From: Candidatus Omnitrophota bacterium
Lineage (GTDB): Bacteria; Omnitrophota; Gorgyraeia; Duberdicusellales; Duberdicusellaceae
Assembly: GCA_021163425.1 (NCBI GenBank)
Contig: JAGGWS010000072.1
Location: 6,582-70,581, forward strand
Reading direction: 5' to 3'
DNA: 64,000 nucleotides
Part shown: positions 47,226 through 57,163 of the stretch, piece by piece
Layout: each line of letters opens with the position of its first letter
Position numbering within the stretch: position 1 is the first letter of the stretch
The notes under the pieces: generated by a model
The model's database searches: none
What the model was told of the DNA's origin: nothing
Seen by the model: only the letters and a program-made list of their open reading frames with translations
Made by a program: the position numbers and the translations under genes

Positions 47226-49544
47226 ATGGATAGAGGAAAAGAGACTATTAGTTTAAAAGCTATCTTCTATTTTTTAATTTTTTTTTATCTTCCTCTTCTG
47301 GTTTTTCCTCAGGATAATTCTAAAATAGTCTCCGCTATAGAAATTAGAGGTAATAAAGCTATAAGTAAGGATAAAATAGTTACTCAGATAAAGACTCGAA
47401 TTGGACAAGTTTATAATGAACACATAGTAAATGAGGATATAAAGAGGATATTTTCTTTAGGTTATTTTGAAGATATTTCTACTGAGATTGAGGAAGAGGA
47501 GGGAAAAGTAAAACTCATCTTTATAGTAGAGGAGAAACCTATTCTTAAAAGAATAGAGATAAAGGGAGCAAGAGTTATAAAGTCTCTTCATTTACTTAAG
47601 GAAATTAAAGAGGTTGGTTTGAAAGAAGGTTCTTTTTTAGATGAGATTAAGATTAAGGAAGCTGAGCAGAGAATTTTAGATTTATATATTAAGAAAGGGT
47701 TTTCTAAGACTAAAGTTGAGCATAGAATTTCTAAAAATACCTTGGAGAATACAGCTGACTTAATTTTTCAGATTAAAGAGAGCAGGCGTTTGAGGGTAAA
47801 GAGAATTTTTATAACAGGCAACTTAAGTTTTCCTGATAAGAGAATTATTAAACTTATGAAGACAAGGCCTTCTTGGCTTTTTCGAGCAGGTTTTTTCAAA
47901 GAGAAGACTTTTCAGGATGATTTAGAAAGGATAGAAGCTTTTTATAGGAGAGAAGGGTATGAGGATATAGAAGTAACTCCCCAGATAGAAACAGATGAGA
48001 GAAGAGGGTTGGTTTATATTACTTTAAATATAAATGAAGGGAAAAGGTATTTGATAGGAGAGGTTAGGTTAGAAGGAACGAAAGAGGTTTCTTCTCAAGA
48101 AGTAAGAAAGGCTCTAACTATAAATACTGGCGATATCTATAGTGAAGAAAAGGTTCAAGAACAGGTAGCAAAAATTCAAGAAGTCTATTTTAACAAAGGT
48201 TATATTTTTTCTCAAGTAAAACCCGTATCTTTCGTTAATCCTGAGACTAATTTTGTGGATATAACCTTTAAGATAACTGAAAATTCTTTGGTCTATGTGA
48301 GAATGGTGGAGGTTACGGGAAATACTAAGACTAAAGATAAGGTCATAAGAAGAGAGCTCCGGATTAAACCGGGAGAAAAATTTGATGGAGATAAACTCAA
48401 ACGTTCTAAGCAAAATTTAGAAAATTTGGGTTTTTTTGAAGAGATTAAATTTGATGTAAAACCTACACCTCAGCCCAATTATCAAGATTTGGTGGTAGAA
48501 GTCAAAGAAGCTAAAACTGGAAGTTTTAGTTTTGGTGGAGGTTATAGCTCTGTGGATGAGTTTATTGGCTTTTTGGAATTAAGGCAGAGGAATTTTGACC
48601 TTTTTAACTTTCCTTACTTTACGGGAGCTGGGCAAGATCTAACTCTCTATCTTCAAACCGGAACTACTACTGAAGAATATCTTCTAAGTTTTACTGAACC
48701 CTGGTTGTTTGATAGGCCTATTTCTTTGGGTATTGATGCTTATCGACGAGAACACCAGAGAGAGAGTGATGTAGGTTATGGTTATAATGAAAAGAGAAAA
48801 GGAGGAAGACTTAGGTTTGAAAAGCGTTTTACTGATACTTTTCGAGCAGGGGTAAGTTATAACTTTGAGACTATTACTATTTCTGACATTTCCCCTGATG
48901 CTAGTTCTGAGCTCTTTAAAGAGGAAGGAGAAAACGATATAAGTAAATTAGGTTTTTCTTTAATCTGGGATAAAAGAAACAATGTTTTTTCTCCCAGTAG
49001 AGGTTTTGTTTTTTCTAATTCTTTAGAGATAGCCGGAGGAGCTTTTGGAGGAGATAAGGATTTTTTTAAGTTTTATTCTAGTTTTAGTAAATACTTTCCT
49101 TTATTTAGGAGTTCAGTATTAGAGTGTAGATTGAGAGCAGGTTTAGCTAAGGAATACGGAGATTCTCAAGAAGTGCCTATCTATGAAAGATTCTTTGCTG
49201 GTGGAGCTTCTACTATTCGGGGTTATCAGGAAAGGAAAGTTGGTCCTATTGATCCGGTGAGTGAAGACCCGATAGGAGGAGAATCCCTTTTTATAGCTAA
49301 CATAGAATATACTTATCCTTTAGGAGATTATTTTAAATTAGCGTGTTTCTTTGATACAGGAAGAGTTTGGAAGGATTATTCAGATTTTTTAAGTGGGGAT
49401 TTAATGTCTAGTGTAGGTATTGGGTTGAGAGTTAAAACTCCTTTGGGTCCAGTAAGTGTAGATTATGGTTATCCTTTAGATTTAGAACCCGGCGAAGATA
49501 AAAAAACAGGAAGGTTTCATTTTAATATAAGTAGGGGATTTTAA
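47226..49544 (+). CDS. bamA: Outer membrane protein assembly factor BamA (POTRA repeats + 16-strand beta-barrel)
   Basis: The signal sequence is followed by I.I.GN..I POTRA repeats. The C-terminal barrel region reads ...GGGYSS.D.F..., RGYQE at the barrel seam, and a terminal ...ISRGF. Confidence 0.9.
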   Translation: MDRGKETISLKAIFYFLIFFYLPLLVFPQDNSKIVSAIEIRGNKAISKDKIVTQIKTRIGQVYNEHIVNEDIKRIFSLGYFEDISTEIEEEEGKVKLIFIVEEKPILKRIEIKGARVIKSLHLLKEIKEVGLKEGSFLDEIKIKEAEQRILDLYIKKGFSKTKVEHRISKNTLENTADLIFQIKESRRLRVKRIFITGNLSFPDKRIIKLMKTRPSWLFRAGFFKEKTFQDDLERIEAFYRREGYEDIEVTPQIETDERRGLVYITLNINEGKRYLIGEVRLEGTKEVSSQEVRKALTINTGDIYSEEKVQEQVAKIQEVYFNKGYIFSQVKPVSFVNPETNFVDITFKITENSLVYVRMVEVTGNTKTKDKVIRRELRIKPGEKFDGDKLKRSKQNLENLGFFEEIKFDVKPTPQPNYQDLVVEVKEAKTGSFSFGGGYSSVDEFIGFLELRQRNFDLFNFPYFTGAGQDLTLYLQTGTTTEEYLLSFTEPWLFDRPISLGIDAYRREHQRESDVGYGYNEKRKGGRLRFEKRFTDTFRAGVSYNFETITISDISPDASSELFKEEGENDISKLGFSLIWDKRNNVFSPSRGFVFSNSLEIAGGAFGGDKDFFKFYSSFSKYFPLFRSSVLECRLRAGLAKEYGDSQEVPIYERFFAGGASTIRGYQERKVGPIDPVSEDPIGGESLFIANIEYTYPLGDYFKLACFFDTGRVWKDYSDFLSGDLMSSVGIGLRVKTPLGPVSVDYGYPLDLEPGEDKKTGRFHFNISRGF

Positions 49545-49554
49545 AGAAAGGAGG

Positions 49555-50067
49555 ATGAAGGTGGACAGGTTATTAAGAGGAATTATAGTAATGCTAGTGA
49601 GTTTAGGATTTTTAGCTTCAAGCTTGGCCTATGCTGAAGATATAATCTGTGTAGATTTGTTTGAGATTTTTAGTAAATATAAAAAGACTGAAGATTATGA
49701 TAAACTCTTGGAAGAAAAACAAAATAAGAAAGAAGAAGAATTAGAAAAAGAGAAAAAAGAACTGGATAAACTCAAAGAGCAACTTAAACTTATAAAAGAG
49801 AGCGAAAAGGAGGCTAAGAAGAAAGAAATAGAAAAGAAAACATCAGAGTTTAATGATTTAAGAAGAGAGGCACTTTTAGACTTAAAGAAAGAGAGAGATA
49901 CCAAGATGAAAGAGATACTTGAAGATATTCAGTCAGCTATTGAGAAATATGCTAAAAAAAATAAGGTTAAGATAGTATTAAAGAAAGCGGCAGTATCTTT
50001 CGTAGATAACAAGTTAGACAAGACTAAAGATATTATAAATATTATTAATAAGGAGTATAAAAAGTGA
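49555..50067 (+). CDS. skp: OmpH/Skp periplasmic chaperone
   Basis: It has a signal peptide and a K/E-rich coiled coil, is 170 aa, and lies between bamA and lpxD. Confidence 0.8.
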   Translation: MKVDRLLRGIIVMLVSLGFLASSLAYAEDIICVDLFEIFSKYKKTEDYDKLLEEKQNKKEEELEKEKKELDKLKEQLKLIKESEKEAKKKEIEKKTSEFNDLRREALLDLKKERDTKMKEILEDIQSAIEKYAKKNKVKIVLKKAAVSFVDNKLDKTKDIINIINKEYKK

Positions 50068-51125
50068 GGATGACTTTAAATGAGATAGCTCAGCTAATAG
50101 AAGGAGAAGTTGTTGGCGACCCTAATATTGTAATTACTGGGATTTCAGGGATTAAAGAGGCTAAACAAGGGGACATAACTTTTTTAGCTAATCCTAAGTA
50201 CACTCCTTTGTTAAAGACAACCCAAGCTTCAGCAATCATTACTTCTTTTGAGGTAAACAAAACCTCTAAACCCCTTATAAAGACAGAAAATCCTTCCTTA
50301 GCTTTTGCTAAGATAGTCTCTCTGGTAGGTCCTAATAATGTCCGCCATCCTCAAGGCATCCACCCTACGGCTTTAATTGCTGAAAGTGTTAAGCTGGGTA
50401 AAGGTGTAGCTATTGGGGCCTATGCAATAATTGAGGAAGGGGTGGTGATTGGAGACAATACTATTATCTATGGGGGCTGCTTTATTGGCCACGATACTAA
50501 AATTGGCAAAGATGCCCTTATCTATCCTAATGTTTCTATAAGAGAGAGAATAGAGATTGGTAATAGAGTGATAATCCACTCGGGCACAGTTATAGGGTCT
50601 GATGGTTTTGGTTTTGCCACGGTTAAGGGAGTTCAGGAAAAGATTCCTCAAATTGGCACAGTAGTTATAGAAGATGATGTGGAGATTGGAGCAAATGTTA
50701 CTATTGATAGAGCAAGGTTTGATAAGACTTTAATCGGGAAGGGAACTAAGATAGATAATTTAGTTCAGATTGCCCATAATGTTATAATAGGCGAACATTC
50801 TATAATCGTAGCTCAGGCAGGGATTTCTGGAAGCACTGTGGTTGGTAAAGGAGTAATTTTAGCTGGTCAGGCAGGAGTGGTAGGTCATATCCATATTGGT
50901 GATGGAGCAATAGTGGCAGCTCAAGCCGGAGTTACCAAGTCAGTCCCTCCTAATACTAAAGTCTCAGGCTATCCAGCAAAACCTCACGAACAGGCTAAGA
51001 GAGTAAATGCCTGTGTGCAGAGGCTTCCTCTTGCCTACAAGAGAATAAAAGAATTAGAGGAAGAAGTGAAGAGGCTTAAAGAGAAATTAGAAGAGTTGAC
51101 CTCTAAATTTGAGAGGAGTAGATAG
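50064..51125 (+). CDS. lpxD: UDP-3-O-acylglucosamine N-acyltransferase
   Basis: [17 protein letters not shown]... is followed by LbH hexapeptide repeats and then a C-terminal coiled coil. Confidence 0.9.
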   Translation: MRMTLNEIAQLIEGEVVGDPNIVITGISGIKEAKQGDITFLANPKYTPLLKTTQASAIITSFEVNKTSKPLIKTENPSLAFAKIVSLVGPNNVRHPQGIHPTALIAESVKLGKGVAIGAYAIIEEGVVIGDNTIIYGGCFIGHDTKIGKDALIYPNVSIRERIEIGNRVIIHSGTVIGSDGFGFATVKGVQEKIPQIGTVVIEDDVEIGANVTIDRARFDKTLIGKGTKIDNLVQIAHNVIIGEHSIIVAQAGISGSTVVGKGVILAGQAGVVGHIHIGDGAIVAAQAGVTKSVPPNTKVSGYPAKPHEQAKRVNACVQRLPLAYKRIKELEEEVKRLKEKLEELTSKFERSR

Positions 51126-52442
51126 ATGTCAGGAGTAGCTAAACAGAAGACGATTAGAAAAGAAGTTAGTTTAGAAGGAGTAGGCCTCCATACCGGTAAA
51201 AATGTTAAGTTAAAATTTTTACCAGCTCCTCCTAATAGTGGGATATTGTTTTTTAGAGAAGATGCTTCTTCTTTAATAAAGGCAGATTTATATTCTGTTC
51301 TTTCCCCGGAAAGTTTTCCCCGCCGAACTTCTATTGGTAGAGATGGCGTATATGTTCATACTGTCGAGCACCTTATGGCCGCTCTCTCTATATTGGGAAT
51401 AGATAATATCCAGATAAATATAACTGGAGAAGAAGTTCCGGGAATGGATGGCAGTGCCAAAGATTTTATAGAAAACATAAAAAAGGCAGGAATAGTTGAA
51501 CAGCCTGCCCCTAAAGATTATTTAGTAATAAGAGAACCTATCTGGGTAGATGAAGGAAATTCCGGCTTAGTAATTCTTCCTTATCCCGAGTTCAGGATTT
51601 CTTATACTTTAGATTACAATAATCCTGTTATCTCTACAGATTTTCTGGATGTAGTTTTGAACTCTGAGGATATAGATTCTTTAGCAATTGCCAGAACCTT
51701 TTGTCTGGAGGAAGAAGTTACTCCTCTTTTAAATATGGGTTTAGGTAAAGGCGCTAATTATTCTAATACTTTGGTAGTTTCTAAAAAGGGGATATTGGAG
51801 AATAAGTTGAGAGATGAGGGAGAATTCGTAAAACACAAAGTTTTAGATTTAATTGGAGATTTATACTTAGCGGGTCCTCTTAAAGGCCATGTTATTGCTT
51901 TCCGTAGTGGGCACCTGTTAAATATAAAACTACTGACAAAACTGCGGGCTTACAAAGAAAAAGTTACATCTTCAGGAGTAGGAGCAGTGAGTGCCTTTAT
52001 CCCTTCTCAAGATACCTTAAATGCTTCAGAAATTATGAAGATTCTTCCTCACCGTTATCCTTTTCTCCTGGTGGATAAGATTGTTTATTTAGAGAAAGGT
52101 AAAAAAGCAATAGGGATTAAGAACGTTACTATAAATGATTACTTTTTTCAGGGTCATTTTCCTGACCGGCCGATTATGCCCGGGGTTTTGATTATCGAAG
52201 TTATGGCTCAGGTGGGAGGAGTATTAATGCTTTCTCCCCAAGAGAATAGAGGAAAACTCGCTTATTTTATGGCTGCTGATAATATAAAATTTAGGAGAAC
52301 GGTTGAACCGGGAGACCAGTTAGTTATAGAGGTTACTGTAGGAAAAGTAAAGAGTAAGACTGGCCAGGTTCACACTAAAGCTTTTGTAGATAATAAGGTT
52401 GTTGCTGAAGCAGATTTAATGTTTGCTTTAGTCAACCGATAA
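51126..52442 (+). CDS. lpxC-fabZ: Fused UDP-3-O-acyl-GlcNAc deacetylase (LpxC) / 3-hydroxyacyl-ACP dehydratase (FabZ)
   Basis: The N-terminal ~280 aa are QKTIRKEVSLEGVGLHTGK...HTVEHLMAAL (LpxC). The C-terminal ~150 aa are LPHRYPFLLVDKIV...GHFP..PIMPGVLIIEVMAQ (FabZ). Confidence 0.85.
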   Translation: MSGVAKQKTIRKEVSLEGVGLHTGKNVKLKFLPAPPNSGILFFREDASSLIKADLYSVLSPESFPRRTSIGRDGVYVHTVEHLMAALSILGIDNIQINITGEEVPGMDGSAKDFIENIKKAGIVEQPAPKDYLVIREPIWVDEGNSGLVILPYPEFRISYTLDYNNPVISTDFLDVVLNSEDIDSLAIARTFCLEEEVTPLLNMGLGKGANYSNTLVVSKKGILENKLRDEGEFVKHKVLDLIGDLYLAGPLKGHVIAFRSGHLLNIKLLTKLRAYKEKVTSSGVGAVSAFIPSQDTLNASEIMKILPHRYPFLLVDKIVYLEKGKKAIGIKNVTINDYFFQGHFPDRPIMPGVLIIEVMAQVGGVLMLSPQENRGKLAYFMAADNIKFRRTVEPGDQLVIEVTVGKVKSKTGQVHTKAFVDNKVVAEADLMFALVNR

Positions 52443-52499
52443 ATTCCTAATCAAGTCCGTAGGGTTTTAACCTTCAAGTTTCAAATTTTGGATTAAATC

Positions 52500-53276
52500 G
52501 TGTCTGTTCAAATTCATTCCCAGGCCCTTGTCTCTGAAAGAGCCTTTTTGTCTTGTGGCGTAGAGGTAGGAGCATTTTCAATAATTGAGGATGAGGTAAA
52601 GATTGGCGAGAATACGAAGATAGGTCCCAACTGTTTTGTTACTGGAGCTACCACTATTGGGAAAAGTTGTCGGATTTTTAAAGGGGCGGTGGTAGGTTCC
52701 CCTCCGCAGGATTTGAAATATAAAGGAGAGAAGACTTACTTAGAAATTGGCGATAATAATGTTATAAGAGAATTTGTGACCATTAACCCTGGGACAGAAG
52801 AAGACTCCAAGACTATAATTGGAAGTAACAACCTTATAATGGCTTATTCTCATATTGCTCATAACTGTAAAATCGGTAATAATTGTATCTTAGCTAACGG
52901 AACAACTTTGGCTGGATATGTAACTATAGAAGACCGGGTAGTTGTAGGAGGTTTAGTAGCAGTCCATCAGTTTTGTAGGATAGGTAGGTTTTCTATTGTT
53001 GGAGGTTGTTCAAAAGTAGTTCAGGATATCCCACCTTATTCTTTGGTTGACGGTCATCCTGCCAAGGTAAGAGGAATAAACCTGGTAGGATTAAAAAGAG
53101 CTAACTTCTCTAAAGAAACTATCGACATTCTTCACCGGGCTTTTAAAATCCTTTTTTTCAAAGGCCATACTTTAAAGTCTGCCCTGGAGATTGTAGAAAA
53201 ACAAATTCCCTTAATCCCCGAAGTAGAAGAACTTCTGCAGTTTTTAAAGGATTCTAAAAGAGGCATTAGCAGGTGA
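52500..53276 (+). CDS. lpxA: Acyl-ACP--UDP-GlcNAc O-acyltransferase
   Basis: It has a GTG start, an LbH domain (IHSQALVSERAFL..., IAHNCKIGNNCIL), and a C-terminal helical domain. Confidence 0.85.
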   Translation: MSVQIHSQALVSERAFLSCGVEVGAFSIIEDEVKIGENTKIGPNCFVTGATTIGKSCRIFKGAVVGSPPQDLKYKGEKTYLEIGDNNVIREFVTINPGTEEDSKTIIGSNNLIMAYSHIAHNCKIGNNCILANGTTLAGYVTIEDRVVVGGLVAVHQFCRIGRFSIVGGCSKVVQDIPPYSLVDGHPAKVRGINLVGLKRANFSKETIDILHRAFKILFFKGHTLKSALEIVEKQIPLIPEVEELLQFLKDSKRGISR

Positions 53277-54082
53277 AAAAAATAGGGTTAATAGCTGGAA
53301 ACAGAAATTTCCCTCTTCTTTTTTCTTCCCGGGCAAAAGTAAAACAACCTTCCTTAGAAATTATAGCAGTAGCTGTGAAGGGAGAAACTCAGAAAAGACT
53401 CTCTAAAATTGTGGATAAAATTTTTTGGGTAGACGCAGGAAAGGTAGGTAGAGCTTTAGAGATATTTCTGAGAGAAAAGGTAGAGAAGATTGTCTTAGCA
53501 GGTCAGATTTCTCCCTATCGTATTTTTAAGGATAGAAAACACTGGGATGAACTTATGCATAAGATTTTTAAGAATATTTCTGATTTTCGGCCCCATTCTA
53601 TCTTTTCTGAGATTATAAAAGAGTTTGAGTCTCAGGGTTTAAGCTTTATAAACTCAATCACCTTTTTAGAGGATTACTTAGTTAAAGAAGGTATAAACAA
53701 CAATGTTAAAGTAGATAGTAGTTTAGAAGAAGAGATAACTAAGATTTTACCTTTAGCCAGAAGGATTGTGGATTTAGATATAGGCCAGACTATTGTTTTC
53801 AAAGATAAAGCAGTAGTAGCAGTGGAAGCCTTAGAAGGAACAGACAATACTATAAAAAGAGCTTATAAAATATGTGGACCGGGATTTTTGGTGACAAAGT
53901 TAGCTAAGAAAGAACAGGATTTAAGATTTGATGTGCCGGTGATAGGTTTTAAGACAATTAAACTCCTTAAGAATTTAGGAGCTAAAGCCCTTATAGGAGA
54001 GAAGAACAAAACCCTCATCTTAGATAAAGAAAAAGTCTTATCTGTGTCTAAAAAAGTTAATATTCCCCTTATAGGAGTTTAG
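53273..54082 (+). CDS. lpxI: UDP-2,3-diacylglucosamine hydrolase, LpxI type (DUF1009)
   Basis: KIGLIAGNRNFPLL...AVAVKGET...FDVPVIGFKT matches the LpxI family pattern. Confidence 0.7.
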   Translation: MKKIGLIAGNRNFPLLFSSRAKVKQPSLEIIAVAVKGETQKRLSKIVDKIFWVDAGKVGRALEIFLREKVEKIVLAGQISPYRIFKDRKHWDELMHKIFKNISDFRPHSIFSEIIKEFESQGLSFINSITFLEDYLVKEGINNNVKVDSSLEEEITKILPLARRIVDLDIGQTIVFKDKAVVAVEALEGTDNTIKRAYKICGPGFLVTKLAKKEQDLRFDVPVIGFKTIKLLKNLGAKALIGEKNKTLILDKEKVLSVSKKVNIPLIGV

Positions 54083-54113
54083 ATTATTTAAATTTTTATT
54101 TCCTTTCTTCCTT

Positions 54114-54187
54114 GCCCCGGTAGCTCAATTGGATAGAGCTTCTGGCTTCGAACCAGAAGGTTGCGGGTTCAAATCCTGCCCGGGGCA
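54114..54187 (+). tRNA. tRNA-Arg (anticodon UCG)
   Basis: I folded a 74-nt cloverleaf by hand. The acceptor is GCCCCGG/CCGGGGC, then U8, D-arm GCTC-AATTGGATA-GAGC, anticodon arm TCTGG-CTTCGAA-CCAGA, and T-arm GCGGG-TTCAAAT-CCTGC. The discriminator is A. Confidence 0.8.
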
Positions 54188-54266
54188 ATGTAACAAAAAT
54201 TGTTTGAATTAAACCCAAATTTTGCGTTAGGAAGTCTTTACAATTTCCTTGTCCTTGAAAAAGTGC

Positions 54267-54295
54267 TTGACAAAAGCCTGTTTTTAACCTAAACT
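54267..54295 (+). promoter_or_regulatory. Sigma70-like promoter TTGACA-17-TAAACT of the pyr operon
   Basis: A consensus -35 TTGACA at 54267-72, a 17-nt spacer, and -10 TAAACT at 54290-95. It sits directly upstream of the PyrR-binding leader. Confidence 0.5.
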
Positions 54296-54310
54296 AAGAG
54301 CAACCTTTAA

Positions 54311-54401
54311 TCTGGTCCAGAGAGGCCAGAAAGGAATTAAGATGAACTTAAACCAGCCTATTAGTCAGGAGTTACCCACCTAAAAAGGTGGGATTTTTTT
54401 T
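54311..54401 (+). promoter_or_regulatory. PyrR-dependent transcription attenuator: PyrR binding loop plus intrinsic terminator
   Basis: The conserved PyrR box GGTCCAGAGAGGCC is at 54314-27, inside the stem CTGG/CCAG. The hairpin CCCACC-taaaaa-GGTGGG (54375-92) is followed by T8 and lies 9 nt before the pyrR ATG. Confidence 0.7.
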
Positions 54402-54409
54402 GTTTAGTT

Positions 54410-54958
54410 ATGGTTTACAGAGAAAAATCTAAGATATTAGGAGAAAAAGAAATAGAGAAGATAATTAAAAGACTCACTCACCAAATTTTAGAGAAGAATC
54501 TTTGTTTAGAGGAAGTTTGTCTGGTGGGAATTCAGAGGAGAGGAGTTTTTTTAGCCGGAAGAATAAAAAGGTTAATCTTAGAGATAGAGGGTAAAGAGCT
54601 TCCTTTAGGGGCAATTGACATAACTTTGTATAGAGACGACCTTACAGCTATCGGTCCTGTTCCCCAGGTGGGAAAAACCGAGATTAATTTTGATATAAAT
54701 AACAAGGTAGTAATCTTAGTAGACGATGTTTTATTTACTGGAAGAACTGTAAGGTCTGCCTTAGATGAAGTAATAGATTTTGGCCGACCCAAGAGGATTG
54801 AGTTAGTAGTTTTAATTGATAGAGGCCATAGGGAATTCCCGATAAGAGCAGACTTTGTAGGGAAAAATATCCCCACTTCTAGCTCAGAGATAGTGGAAGT
54901 AAGACTTAAAGAATTAGATGGTAAAGATGAGGTAGTAATATTAGAAGAAGACGCTTAA
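54410..54958 (+). CDS. pyrR: Pyrimidine operon attenuation protein / uracil phosphoribosyltransferase
   Basis: [22 protein letters not shown]...[18 protein letters not shown] is a PRT-type protein; length is 182 aa. Confidence 0.85.
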   Translation: MVYREKSKILGEKEIEKIIKRLTHQILEKNLCLEEVCLVGIQRRGVFLAGRIKRLILEIEGKELPLGAIDITLYRDDLTAIGPVPQVGKTEINFDINNKVVILVDDVLFTGRTVRSALDEVIDFGRPKRIELVVLIDRGHREFPIRADFVGKNIPTSSSEIVEVRLKELDGKDEVVILEEDA

Positions 54959-54959
54959 A

Positions 54960-55901
54960 ATGGGAGAGTGGCAGAGAAAGCACCTATTAGGTCTCAAAGA
55001 TTTAACCCGAGAAGAAATAGAAGTTATTTTAAATTCAGCCCAGGCTTTTAAGGAAATTTCAGAAAGAGAAGTCAAAAAAGTTCCTGCTTTAAGAGGGAAA
55101 ACTGTAGTTAACCTCTTTTTTGAACCTTCCACCCGTACTAAGACTTCTTTTGAGTTAGCTGCTAAAAGACTCAGTGCTGATGTAGTAAATTTTTCTTCTT
55201 CGGGAAGTAGCCTTGTTAAGGGAGAGACTATCTTAGATACTCTTAAAAATATTGAGGCTTATTCTGTAGACATCTTTGTAATCAGACACAGTGTTTCGGG
55301 AGTAGTTTTTTATCTTTCTCAGAGGACAACTTCTTCAGTGGTAAATGCTGGTGACGGTCAGAACGAACACCCTACCCAGGCTCTCTTAGATATGTTTACA
55401 GTGAGAGAAAAATTAGGTAGTTTAGAGAATTTAAAGGTGGCTATAATTGGAGATATTTATCATTCTCGGGTGGCTCGTTCTAATATCTGGGGTTTTAGTA
55501 AGTTTTCTTCCTCAGTCTATGTTTGTGCTCCTAAGACCCTTATTCCTAAATACTTTGATAATTTACCCTGTAAAATCACCTATTCTTTAAAAACTGCTTT
55601 AGACCAGGCTCAGGTAGTGATTATGCTCAGGATTCAAAAGGAGAGAATGAAGGAAAGGTTTTTCTCTTCGCAAAGAGAGTATGTAAAGTATTATTCTTTG
55701 AACGAAGAAAATTTAAAATTTTTACCTCCCCAAGCTTTAGTTTTACATCCTGCTCCGATAAACTGGGATATTGAGATAGCTTCTTCTTTAAAAGAGAAAG
55801 TTTCTCCTTTAATTTTAGAGCAGGTAAATAACGGTTTAGCCGTAAGGATGGCGGTCCTATATCTTTTGGCTGAGAAGAAAAGTTATGAAGTTGTTGATTA
55901 A
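54960..55901 (+). CDS. pyrB: Aspartate carbamoyltransferase catalytic subunit
   Basis: HLLGLKDLTREEIE...FFEPSTRTKTSFELAAKRL...HPAP. Confidence 0.9.
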   Translation: MGEWQRKHLLGLKDLTREEIEVILNSAQAFKEISEREVKKVPALRGKTVVNLFFEPSTRTKTSFELAAKRLSADVVNFSSSGSSLVKGETILDTLKNIEAYSVDIFVIRHSVSGVVFYLSQRTTSSVVNAGDGQNEHPTQALLDMFTVREKLGSLENLKVAIIGDIYHSRVARSNIWGFSKFSSSVYVCAPKTLIPKYFDNLPCKITYSLKTALDQAQVVIMLRIQKERMKERFFSSQREYVKYYSLNEENLKFLPPQALVLHPAPINWDIEIASSLKEKVSPLILEQVNNGLAVRMAVLYLLAEKKSYEVVD

Positions 55902-57162
55902 AGAAGGTACAATAGTTAACCCTGATTCTCAGAAAAAGGCTGATGTCCTTATAGAGAGTTCCAGAATATCCCGGATAGCAGATGCTATTCCTGAGAAGGA
56001 GGCTGATAAAGTAATTTCAGCAAAAGATAAGTTTGTCTTTGCGGGTTTCATTGATATGCATACTCATTTAAGGACACCAGGTAGAGAAGACGAAGAAGAT
56101 TTACTTTCAGGAAGCCTGGCTTCAGCCCGGGGTGGCTTTACTACTCTTCTTTGTATGCCTAATACTAATCCAGCCATCGATAATTATGAGATAGCCTTAA
56201 GAATAAGGAAAGAAGCTGAAAAAATTGGTTTAGTAGATATATATCCTGTAGGAGCAATTACTAAAAACAGAGAGGGAAAAGAGATTTCAGAATTTGGGTT
56301 TTTAGCTGAAGCGGGATGTTTAGCTGTGAGTGATGACGGTTTTCCTCTTAAAGAGTCTTCTCTCTTGAGGAGAGCTTTAGAGTATGCAGAAAACTTTAAT
56401 CTTTTGGTAATCTCTCATTGTGAAGATTTGTCTTTATCTGGAGAAGGATTAATCCGGGAATCTCCTCTTTCTGCAGAGTGGGGGATTCCTTCAGTGCCAG
56501 AGATTTCTGAAATTGTAGATTTAGTCCGGCAGATAGAAGTGGTAAGATATTTAAATTCTCGAGTCCACTTTGCTCATATAAGTAGTAAGCGTTCAGTTGA
56601 GCTCATAAAGAGAGCAAAAGAAGAAGGAATAAACATTACTGCTGAGACCTGTCCGCATTATTTTACCTTCAGTTTAAAGGATGTAGAAGAGAGTGGCTTT
56701 TCTCCTTTATATAAGGTAAATCCACCTTTAGGAAGAGAAGAAGATAAATTAGCTTTAAAGAAAGCCTTAAAAGAAGGGATAATTGACGTAATAGCTACTG
56801 ACCACGCCCCTCACACTTATTTAGAAAAAGAAATAGACTTTAACTCAGCAGAATTTGGGATGATTGGTTTAGAATTTGCTTTGCCTTTGAGCTTGAGTTT
56901 GGTAAGAGAAGGTTTTCTGAGTTTAGAAGATTTAGCCTGCAGGCTTTCTTATAGGCCAGCACAGATTTTGAATTTAAAAGACAGAGGTTATATTAAAGAA
57001 GGGTTGCGGGCAGACTTAACTATAGTGGATACAGAAAGAGAACAGTTAATAACCAAGGAGAATATTTTTTCTAAATCCAAAAATACTCCTCTCTTAGGTA
57101 AAGTCTTAAAAGGAGAGGTCGTTTATACTATATATAAAGGTAAGATAGTTTACTCATCTTAA
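55885..57162 (+). CDS. pyrC: Dihydroorotase
   Basis: GFIDMHTHLRTPGRED...ATDHAPH are amidohydrolase metal ligands. Confidence 0.9.
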   Translation: MKLLIKEGTIVNPDSQKKADVLIESSRISRIADAIPEKEADKVISAKDKFVFAGFIDMHTHLRTPGREDEEDLLSGSLASARGGFTTLLCMPNTNPAIDNYEIALRIRKEAEKIGLVDIYPVGAITKNREGKEISEFGFLAEAGCLAVSDDGFPLKESSLLRRALEYAENFNLLVISHCEDLSLSGEGLIRESPLSAEWGIPSVPEISEIVDLVRQIEVVRYLNSRVHFAHISSKRSVELIKRAKEEGINITAETCPHYFTFSLKDVEESGFSPLYKVNPPLGREEDKLALKKALKEGIIDVIATDHAPHTYLEKEIDFNSAEFGMIGLEFALPLSLSLVREGFLSLEDLACRLSYRPAQILNLKDRGYIKEGLRADLTIVDTEREQLITKENIFSKSKNTPLLGKVLKGEVVYTIYKGKIVYSS

Positions 57163-57163
57163 G

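Noticed and set aside
54083-54113. Mobile-element signs around tRNA-Arg(TCG) and tRNA-Arg(CCG)
   Set aside because: No integrase, transposase, att-like direct repeat of the tRNA 3' end, or compositional shift is visible on either side.
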